64,000 nt of DNA, taken from positions 79,143 through 143,142 of the IMG/VR virus record IMGVR_UViG_3300031566_000001; one strand, 5' to 3'. Origin of the DNA: a virus. Under the pieces are notes generated by a model. It ran no database searches, had not been told where the DNA came from, and saw nothing but the letters and a program-made list of their open reading frames with translations. Made by a program: the position numbers and the translations under genes. Position 1 is the stretch's first letter. Every line of letters begins with the position of its first letter. Shown here in pieces: positions 10,121 to 18,046 of the stretch.

Positions 10121-11619
10121 TGCCACCGCAACTGAATCAGGATCAAATGGTAACCCTGGGGCAGGCCATCGCTCAGGGGATGATGAAGGCTGGCCTGGTG
10201 CAAGGCCAGAAGTACGCTACAGGGACGCCGACGACCAACTGGATTCATGGCCCTGGTGGGATCCTCGGTTCGTCAGCCCTGGACCAGCAGATCATCTCTG
10301 GGCGCATCACGCCTATGGGCCTCAGCTCAGTGCTCCCGATCAACATGAGCCGGGACACGAATCCCGAGTTTGGGTATCTCACGGGCATGACGCCCAGTGG
10401 TGAGGCAGAGCCGAGCGGCCCTTGCGCGGACTGCCCAAGCGGCCTCTCTCAGTCGTGCATCCAGACCACGCAGTTTGGGCGCGTCTGCCGTGAGACCAAG
10501 GAGATGGATATCGACCGGACCATCGAGCGCATCAACCGTGGCGAGATCGACTACCAGCTCCTCAATGACATCCTGGGCATCGAGCCCGCAGACGTCTTCC
10601 GGGCCATCAACCAGCCGGACTACCGGACCGTGCTCAACGTAGCAACGGCCTGGGGTATGGTGGAAGTGGGGATGATGTTCCAGGAGGCGCTAACGCCCAT
10701 GACCTTCCAGGGGAACCCTGTGAACAACACCGCCGGGGGCGGGTACAAGGAGTTTGCGGGGCTGGACCTGCTCATCAGCACCAACTACGTTGATGCTCAC
10801 ACAGGCGCCAACTGCGGTGCCTTGGACGCCGATGTCAAGACGTTCAACTGGGCGGACGTGAACTCTGTGGACGCCAATGGCAACTTCGCCATCGTGTCTC
10901 AACTGTCCTGGATGGAGGAGTACGTTCACCGCAATGCCAGGCGCATGAAGCTCATGCCTGCCAGCTGGACGTGGGTGATGCGTGAGGAGCTGTGGTATAT
11001 GCTCACGGAGATCTGGCCCACCGCCTATTACACCAGCCGGGGCCTGACCGCAGTGCCCCCTGGTGTCTCTGTGAACGTGGACGGTGTGGACCTGACTCAG
11101 CTCCGGGACAACATGCGTGCCGGGATGTTTTTGGACATCAACGGGCGCAGGCACCCCGTCGTGATAGACGATGGGATAGTGGAGTACAACGAGGAAACCG
11201 GCCAGGGCAACCTTGTGGCCGGGGACTTCGCCAGCACGATTTACCTAGTGCCCATCACCGTCAGGGGAGGCACGCAGGCCACCTTCTACGAGACGAAGGA
11301 CTACCGGTTTACGGCGGCGGAGATGGCCGCCAGTCCGGGGGGCATGCTGCAAGACCAGTTCTGGACGGACGATGGACGGTTCCTGTGGACGCTTGACCGC
11401 CAGCTGTGGTGCTACATCCTGGCGGGCAAGATTGAGCCGCGGATCCTCCTGCGGACTCCCATGCTGTCGGGCAAGCTGGAATACATCAAGTACACGCCCG
11501 TACAGCACTTCAGGGACTACGCATCGACGAGCGACTACTTCGTGAAGGGTGGAGTTCCCTCCAGGCCAGCCCCGAGTTTCTGGGGCACCTGGAACCTGCC
11601 TGCAACCTATAGCCGCTAA
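10120..11619 (+). CDS. Major capsid protein
   Basis: Position after protease; FQGNP...GYKEFAGLDLLI motif; strong codon bias; hairpin downstream. Confidence 0.8.
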   Translation: MPPQLNQDQMVTLGQAIAQGMMKAGLVQGQKYATGTPTTNWIHGPGGILGSSALDQQIISGRITPMGLSSVLPINMSRDTNPEFGYLTGMTPSGEAEPSGPCADCPSGLSQSCIQTTQFGRVCRETKEMDIDRTIERINRGEIDYQLLNDILGIEPADVFRAINQPDYRTVLNVATAWGMVEVGMMFQEALTPMTFQGNPVNNTAGGGYKEFAGLDLLISTNYVDAHTGANCGALDADVKTFNWADVNSVDANGNFAIVSQLSWMEEYVHRNARRMKLMPASWTWVMREELWYMLTEIWPTAYYTSRGLTAVPPGVSVNVDGVDLTQLRDNMRAGMFLDINGRRHPVVIDDGIVEYNEETGQGNLVAGDFASTIYLVPITVRGGTQATFYETKDYRFTAAEMAASPGGMLQDQFWTDDGRFLWTLDRQLWCYILAGKIEPRILLRTPMLSGKLEYIKYTPVQHFRDYASTSDYFVKGGVPSRPAPSFWGTWNLPATYSR

Positions 11620-11631
11620 CGGTGACAAACA

Positions 11632-11654
11632 TGGGGGCGGTTCTTCCGCCCCCA
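11632..11654 (+). terminator. GC-rich hairpin after MCP
   Basis: TGGGGGCGG-TTCTT-CCGCCCCCA; no U-tract. Confidence 0.5.
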
Positions 11655-11676
11655 CATACCCATAGGAGATAGATTG

Positions 11677-14307
11677 ATGCGTGTCCAGATGGTGCCGGGG
11701 GAGCGGTTCTTCCGCTCGCATGAGAGCGGCATAAAGCGGGTCGTGGAGGCGTACTGCCAGTACCTGCCCGAGTTCGGTGTGGAGGTTGTGAACACCGACG
11801 AGGGCACAGACTACGATGTCAAAGCGGTACATGCGGGGATGGCCCCGGATTGCGACGTGGCGCATTTGCACGGGCTGTACTGGACCTCTGACTATGAGGC
11901 CCAGGCGTGGGAGTGGAAGGCCAACAGCGGGGTCATTCAGAACCTGCGTGTGGCCAGGGAGGTCACGGTGCCCTCGGAGTGGGTGGCCATGACTCTCAGG
12001 CGGGACCTGCGCATTCAGCCCCATGTGATTCCCCACGGCATAGAGTGGGATGAATGGGCGCATCACCACGAGGAGAGCGGCGGGTACGTGCTGTGGAACA
12101 AGAATAGGGATGCTGACGTGTGCACGCCCTACCCGATGGCAGACCTGGCACGCATGATGCCAGAGGTGAAGTTCCTGTCCACGTTTGCGCCGCAGGATGC
12201 GCCTGACAATGTGGAGGTCATTGGGCTACAGGAGTACGATGGGATGCGGCTTCTGGTGCAGGGTGCAGGGGTGTACCTGAGCACGACCAAAGAGACGTTC
12301 GGAATCGGCATCCTGGAGGCCATGGCAGCGGGTGTGCCGGTGCTAGGATTTGCGTGGGGCAACATCGGGAACCTGGTGCAACATCAAGTCAACGGGTGGT
12401 TATCTGCACCAGGGGATTTCGATCACTTACGGGAAGGGCTGGAGTACTGCTTACAACATCGGGTAAGGATGGGCGAGGCCGGGCGTGAGATGTCCAGGCA
12501 TTATCACTGGAGGGATGCCTGTGAGCAAGTGGCAGAGGTCTACAGGCTGGCAGGGCAGGAGCGCCCTGCAGACGTGGCGGTGATCATCCCATCCCACAAC
12601 TACGCGGACAAGGTAGGAAGGGCCATAGAGAGTGCCCTGGCACAGACCTATGAAGGGCTTACAGATGTAGTGGTAGTAGATGACGGGAGCGATGACAACA
12701 CGGGGCAGGTCGTAGTAGAGTATGAAAAAGACAACCGGGTGCGATACATCAAGCAACAGAATCAGGGTGTGGCGGTGGCCCGGAACAAGGGCATTGCCAG
12801 TGTCAACACAAAGTACGTCTGCTGCCTGGATGCGGACGATGCCATCGCACCGGAGTTCCTGAGCAGGTGCATCGAGCCACTGGAAGCAGACCGGTCATTG
12901 GGGCTGTCATTTGCGGGGCTGTGGGCTATGACCCCGGACGGCCAGGCAGCTCAGTCCAGGTGGCCGGACGGCTACGACTTCGAGCAGCAGATAGCACGGC
13001 GCAACCAGGTCCCCACGTGCTGCGTGTTCCGTAGGGAGGCCTGGGAGAGATTGGGCGGGTATCGGAAAAGGTATTGCCCAGACGGCGCGGGTAGCGAGGA
13101 TGCGGAGTTCTGGACTCGCATGGGGGCTTACGGCTGGGGCGGGGTACAGGCTACCAAGGAACCGCTGTTCCTTTACTCCCTAGGTGCGGGCCACGTGACG
13201 AAGAAGCTGGGGGAAGGCAATTACCAGGAGCCGGACTGGCTGGCGTGGCACCCGTGGGTTCAGGATAGACAATTCCCCCTAGCTTGTGTGGCGGAAGTAG
13301 AGAGATTCAGCCACCCGGTACGGGCCTACGATACGCCGTGGATCAGCGTGATCGTGCCCGTGGGTCCAGGGCATGAGGAGATCGTGGTGGACGCACTGGA
13401 CAGCCTTGAGGCGCAGATGTTCCGCCAATGGGAGTGCGTGCTGGTAAATGACACAGGGGAGCCGTTGCCGGAGCAGCTACTAAGGGCATATCCCTATGTA
13501 ACACTGGTGGAGACGCCGGGGTCAAAGGGTGCAGGTTATGCACGGAACAGGGGCGTGGAGGCAGCCAGGGGTCCCCTGCTTACTTTCCTAGATGCAGACG
13601 ACTACTTGCAGCCGGGGTTTTTGCAGGCGTGTATAGATGCCAGGCTGCAGACGGGCAAGTGGGTCTACACGGATTTGTGGTCATCGTGGCCCAACGGCGA
13701 GATACACGAGTACCCCGTAGACGACTTCGGCGTGGAGAGCCTGTGGCGGGACGGCCTGGGGGCGGTAACGCTGGTCACTGATCATGCCGAGTTCCAGGCC
13801 GTAGGGGGCTTCGATGAGGAGATGCACACGCGGGAAGATTGGGACTTCCAGCTCAAGCTGGCCATGGCGGGATTCTGCGGCGTGCGTGTGTCCGCTCCCT
13901 TGATGACCTACCGCCTGGCTACGGGGGAGCGCAGGGACCAGCAGGCGAGTGATACCGCGACTATGCTGAGAGAGAAATACCCACTGGAGGATTTGATGGC
14001 AAGATGCGGAGGGTGCGGGCAGGCTCAAGCAATGAGTATAGACCCGCCTCAGAACTGGAGTACCAAAGAGGCAGCGGGCTTCGAGCGGCTGGAATACACA
14101 GGCTCAAACCGGGGCACCTCTACGTTCAGGGGCATAACGGGGCGCAGCTACCGCTTCGGGAACAACGATGACTCGCGGGTGGGCTTGGTGCACCCTGAGG
14201 ATGCCCGCAACTTTATCGACGTGAAGCATCTACCTTTCAAGCGTGTACAGACGCTAGTTCCGGCACAGTCGCTGCCCACAGCGCTGGTGGCCCCGGTTTC
14301 AGGGTAG
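11677..14307 (+). CDS. Tri-domain glycosyltransferase (GT4 + GT2 + GT2)
   Basis: ETFGIGILEAMAAGVPV (GT4); VVVVDDGSDD and LDADD (GT2); LVNDT and FLDADD (second GT2). Confidence 0.9.
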   Translation: MRVQMVPGERFFRSHESGIKRVVEAYCQYLPEFGVEVVNTDEGTDYDVKAVHAGMAPDCDVAHLHGLYWTSDYEAQAWEWKANSGVIQNLRVAREVTVPSEWVAMTLRRDLRIQPHVIPHGIEWDEWAHHHEESGGYVLWNKNRDADVCTPYPMADLARMMPEVKFLSTFAPQDAPDNVEVIGLQEYDGMRLLVQGAGVYLSTTKETFGIGILEAMAAGVPVLGFAWGNIGNLVQHQVNGWLSAPGDFDHLREGLEYCLQHRVRMGEAGREMSRHYHWRDACEQVAEVYRLAGQERPADVAVIIPSHNYADKVGRAIESALAQTYEGLTDVVVVDDGSDDNTGQVVVEYEKDNRVRYIKQQNQGVAVARNKGIASVNTKYVCCLDADDAIAPEFLSRCIEPLEADRSLGLSFAGLWAMTPDGQAAQSRWPDGYDFEQQIARRNQVPTCCVFRREAWERLGGYRKRYCPDGAGSEDAEFWTRMGAYGWGGVQATKEPLFLYSLGAGHVTKKLGEGNYQEPDWLAWHPWVQDRQFPLACVAEVERFSHPVRAYDTPWISVIVPVGPGHEEIVVDALDSLEAQMFRQWECVLVNDTGEPLPEQLLRAYPYVTLVETPGSKGAGYARNRGVEAARGPLLTFLDADDYLQPGFLQACIDARLQTGKWVYTDLWSSWPNGEIHEYPVDDFGVESLWRDGLGAVTLVTDHAEFQAVGGFDEEMHTREDWDFQLKLAMAGFCGVRVSAPLMTYRLATGERRDQQASDTATMLREKYPLEDLMARCGGCGQAQAMSIDPPQNWSTKEAAGFERLEYTGSNRGTSTFRGITGRSYRFGNNDDSRVGLVHPEDARNFIDVKHLPFKRVQTLVPAQSLPTALVAPVSG

Positions 14308-14313
14308 GGAGAG

Positions 14314-15579
14314 ATGAGTAGGGATACAACACCGACTCTACTGTCACTGGACAGATACGCCAAGTGGCTGGGGCTGGACCCTTTGCACTTCGCGGGGGGA
14401 TACAGTGCGCTCCGGCCCGTGGGCACCTGCAACAGTGTGTGGATGCAGTACGATTGGCAGAACGCTAGCCATGTGGGCCGACACCAGATGGCAGACCTCA
14501 TTGCCAAGGCGGAGCAAGACATCGCCCTGCACACGGGGTACTGGCCCGCCCTGGTGTGGATCTCGGATGAGTGGCACCCGTATCCCAGGCCGCACCGCCG
14601 GGAGCTGTACGGGACCGGGCTAACGCGGCGTGGTAACTACAAACCCATGAACCTCAAATGGGGCTACACGTGGTACGGGGGGCAGAGGGCAGTAACAGCC
14701 ATCGACCCGGCCAACGTGACACGGGACGCAGATGTAGACGCTGATGGTGACGGCTTCGCGGAGTGGGCACAGTTCACCATCATCAATGTAGCGACGGATT
14801 TCAACGTGTGTCAGTTGAGGGCGTATTTCAAGGCCTACGCCGCGCTGGACGCAACCAACTGCCGAACTGACCCGGCCAGCGCGGGAGCGGACCCGGCCTG
14901 GGAAGTGCAGCCCGTAACGGCTACGCTATCAGGCACGACGTTGACGGTATTGATCCCGATATGGTGCCTGTTCAAGCCGCAGCTGCAGGAGGCGTTCAAC
15001 GCGACGGGCATAGATGCGGACGCCCCAGCTAGTTATGTGGACACACTCCTGTTCTACCGAGAGTACAATGACCCGTCGGAGCAGGTGCAATTCCTGTGGG
15101 GCGAGCCGGGTTGCAGGACCGCGGCCTGTGCTGTCAGCATACAAGCAGGTTGTTTTGGGGTGCAGGACCCCAGGGAGAGCACCGTGGTCCCGCAGCCTGG
15201 GGTGTGGGATGCAACTGCTCAATCCTTTACCCTTGCATCGTGGACTGAAGTAAGAGAGCCTGATTCGGTACGTTTCTGGTACCGGGCAGGATATCAGCCA
15301 GAGGTGGCCCCAGGCTGCGATCCGCTGAGCGACTACTGGGCCAACCTGATAGCCATCCTGGCGACGTCCAGGCTGGAGCGGCCCTTGTGTACGTGCTCAG
15401 CGGCCAGGACGAAGGCCGAACTCTGGCGTACAGATGTGACCAGAACCGATGAGGTCAGTTACCAGTTGGGCATGGACGCGCCAGAGTGCCCTCTGGGGCA
15501 CCGCAGGGGAGAGGTACACGTGTGGAAGAATATCTCAGGCCGTCCCGGTCTGATTAAGGGGCAGGCCGTACAGTGGTAG
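14314..15579 (+). CDS. Putative head-tail connector/adaptor
   Basis: Position; LIAKAEQDIALHTGY and VRFWYRAGY adaptor-like motifs. Confidence 0.55.
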   Translation: MSRDTTPTLLSLDRYAKWLGLDPLHFAGGYSALRPVGTCNSVWMQYDWQNASHVGRHQMADLIAKAEQDIALHTGYWPALVWISDEWHPYPRPHRRELYGTGLTRRGNYKPMNLKWGYTWYGGQRAVTAIDPANVTRDADVDADGDGFAEWAQFTIINVATDFNVCQLRAYFKAYAALDATNCRTDPASAGADPAWEVQPVTATLSGTTLTVLIPIWCLFKPQLQEAFNATGIDADAPASYVDTLLFYREYNDPSEQVQFLWGEPGCRTAACAVSIQAGCFGVQDPRESTVVPQPGVWDATAQSFTLASWTEVREPDSVRFWYRAGYQPEVAPGCDPLSDYWANLIAILATSRLERPLCTCSAARTKAELWRTDVTRTDEVSYQLGMDAPECPLGHRRGEVHVWKNISGRPGLIKGQAVQW

Positions 15580-15589
15580 GAGGTGGAGA

Positions 15590-17104
15590 ATGAGTAACGG
15601 CAATGCAACACCAGCACAAAAGGGATTCAGCCGTGTGTTCCTCATCGAGGGGAGGGCACGGGGTGACCATGTGCCTGTATACATGGGGTGTATGAGTGCC
15701 GGGGGGATAGACTGGTCCTTGGGTACCGTCTCCAAGATCGATTGTCCCAGCGACCGGCAGTACGATGCGTTTGTGGAGCGGGGGAAGAGCAAGTCGGAAT
15801 CAGACCGGCCCTCAAGCTCACTGGTGGGTCGGTATGCGGCGGACCTGGAGAGCACGATGATTCGGCTGGCCAGGACCGGCTGTGCATTTGACCTGCACTA
15901 TCATTTTGGGGTGTGCACAGACCCGCAGCTGTTCAACGTCTTCCAGAAGGCCGTTGTATGGGAAGATGTTGACATGACCAAATACTCCACGGACCCCCTC
16001 GGTGCCTTGGAGGAGGGAGACCGCGGAGCGATAAATGAGACCGGGGAGCTATCCGCCAGGGAGTTCTACGAGGTGCTCCCCATGGCCTTCGCAGAGGTGG
16101 CGGCGGCCATTGTCACCAATGAGATCATGGACGTGGTGGTCTGTGATAGCGTATCATGCGGGGAGTGCGCGGACCAGTCAGGCGGCTGCGAGAGGGTGTA
16201 CTCAGTCAGCCTGGCAGCAGGCGGATCACCGGGTACACCTGCTGATGTAGTGTACACGCTGAACGGCGCGGCAGGGCCTTGGGCCACCAGCGAGATCGAC
16301 TCACTCGGTGCAACGGAGGACCCGACGGGGCTGGCATGCCTGGCCGGGTACGTGGTGGTGGTATCAGCAGACTCGTGCTCCCTGCACTACGTACTACAGG
16401 CTGATCTGGACACGGTGGGTGACGAGACCTGGGTGGAGAACCTTGTGGGGTTCGTGGACAAGGGAACGGGAACCTGCCCCTTGGACATCTGGAGCGTGGG
16501 CAACTACGCCTTCATCTCCGCTGAGGGCGGGTATGTGTACGGCACTGCTGACCCGACAGCGGGTGTGACTATCTTGGAAGCGGGCAACGCGGTGACCAAC
16601 GCCTTGTGGGCCATCCACGCCATGAACCGGAACGTCTGTGTGGCTGTGGGCAGCGCAGGCGCAGTGATCCGGACAGGGAACGGTGGGGACACCTGGCAGC
16701 ACATGAGCGCGCCTGTGGGCCTTGGCACGTCCCTACAATCGGTGTGGGTCAAGACCGAGACAGAGTGGTGGGTCGGTTCCAGTGACGGGCGGCTGTTTGA
16801 GACCTTGGACGGAGGCGATACGTGGAACCTGCGGCAGAACTGGGCCGGGGGTGCCGTCAGTGATATCGCGTTCTCCTCGGACAATGTGATGACCGTTTCG
16901 CACACCACGGCTGCCGGGGTGGGGCGGCTACTGCGCAGCTACAACGGCGGTAACAGCTTCGTGGTGCTACCGGAGAGCGCAGGGGCCTTGCCAGCCAGCA
17001 GTCGGCTGAACGCCATTGCCCTGTGTGAGGATGATGTCAACCAGGTGGTCGCGGTCGGGTTGGACGGCGCCACAGACGGCATCATAATCTGGGGCGAGGA
17101 CTAG
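15590..17104 (+). CDS. Major tail protein with C-terminal beta-propeller (BNR/YCF48-like repeats)
   Basis: TGNGGDTW, TLDGGDTW and SYNGGNSF Asp-box repeats; precedes chaperone and TMP. Confidence 0.7.
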   Translation: MSNGNATPAQKGFSRVFLIEGRARGDHVPVYMGCMSAGGIDWSLGTVSKIDCPSDRQYDAFVERGKSKSESDRPSSSLVGRYAADLESTMIRLARTGCAFDLHYHFGVCTDPQLFNVFQKAVVWEDVDMTKYSTDPLGALEEGDRGAINETGELSAREFYEVLPMAFAEVAAAIVTNEIMDVVVCDSVSCGECADQSGGCERVYSVSLAAGGSPGTPADVVYTLNGAAGPWATSEIDSLGATEDPTGLACLAGYVVVVSADSCSLHYVLQADLDTVGDETWVENLVGFVDKGTGTCPLDIWSVGNYAFISAEGGYVYGTADPTAGVTILEAGNAVTNALWAIHAMNRNVCVAVGSAGAVIRTGNGGDTWQHMSAPVGLGTSLQSVWVKTETEWWVGSSDGRLFETLDGGDTWNLRQNWAGGAVSDIAFSSDNVMTVSHTTAAGVGRLLRSYNGGNSFVVLPESAGALPASSRLNAIALCEDDVNQVVAVGLDGATDGIIIWGED

Positions 17105-17111
17105 AAAATAC

Positions 17112-17236
17112 TGACCGATAAATCAGCGGTCACTGGGCGTGGAGGGCTAGACCAGTAGGTTCCCTATGAAGCGTCAAGGGGGCATTGATGTAAGACCCTT
17201 AGTCCTGAATTGACAGGACCTATATTTGGATTTGGG
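17112..17236 (+). ncRNA. Orphan omega-RNA (TnpB reRNA)-like scaffold, copy A
   Basis: Shares 21-nt and 13-nt identical blocks plus covarying stems with the tnpB 3' region (58190-58328); no tnpB adjacent. Confidence 0.75.
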
Positions 17237-17247
17237 AGGATCTTCCC

Positions 17248-17784
17248 ATGGCAACAAAAGTGAAGCATACCAAGAAGAAGGGCTTGCCGCCTGCTGCATT
17301 GGCGGCTATCGAGACCGCCAAGGAGATGCACAAGGCAGAGAAGCCCTTGGAGGTGACGCTGATACACGGGGTCACGGCCACGCTGCATGCTGTGGCCCCG
17401 TCCCTGATACAAGATGTGCAGCTGCGCATCGAGGACCCCAAGGTCCCAGTGGTCTACATCGAGGCCAAGGAGCGGGACGAGGAGAACCCGAACGACCCCT
17501 CATACCTAGCTGCAATGGATCGGGCGGCGCAAGAGCGTAACGCGGCGGTCATGGACGCCCTAATTATGATGGGCGTAGAGCTGCCCGAGGGGTTCGAGGT
17601 GCCGCCGAAGTGGGTGAAGCGTCTCAAGATACTGGGCTTCGACTTCGATGAGGATGATCCTGACGAGGTGGAGTTCGTCTTCAAGAAGTACCACACTAGC
17701 ACTAGCGTCATAGCGACGCTGTCTGTGATGTCGGGTATCCGGGAGGAGGACGTGGCCGCATTCCGCGAGCTTTTTCGCGGTTAA
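17248..17784 (+). CDS. Tail assembly chaperone
   Basis: Between tail tube and TMP; acidic. Confidence 0.7.
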   Translation: MATKVKHTKKKGLPPAALAAIETAKEMHKAEKPLEVTLIHGVTATLHAVAPSLIQDVQLRIEDPKVPVVYIEAKERDEENPNDPSYLAAMDRAAQERNAAVMDALIMMGVELPEGFEVPPKWVKRLKILGFDFDEDDPDEVEFVFKKYHTSTSVIATLSVMSGIREEDVAAFRELFRG

Positions 17785-18046
17785 GCGGCATAGCACACCC
17801 ATCCGGGACTATCCCCTCTCGGACGCAGTCAAGACGGGCATCACGGCCAGCGGTCACTTCGTGCAGTGGGAGGCTGCTAACGCGGCGGGCTTGGACCTGT
17901 ACCTGTGGGACCGGGGCTTTTATCCCCTGCGGTTCATGGCTAAGGTTCTGGCCTGGCATGAGGATCATGAGCTGATAGAGCAGCACAAACAATCTGCGCT
18001 GCTCAAGGACGCGGAGCGTAAGGCCAAGAAAAAGGGGAAGCGGTAG
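17771..18046 (+). CDS. Tail chaperone extension (probable frameshift product)
   Basis: Open frame overlapping chaperone end at CTTTTTC; no clear RBS; ends immediately before TMP start. Confidence 0.55.
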   Translation, partial: FFAVKRHSTPIRDYPLSDAVKTGITASGHFVQWEAANAAGLDLYLWDRGFYPLRFMAKVLAWHEDHELIEQHKQSALLKDAERKAKKKGKR

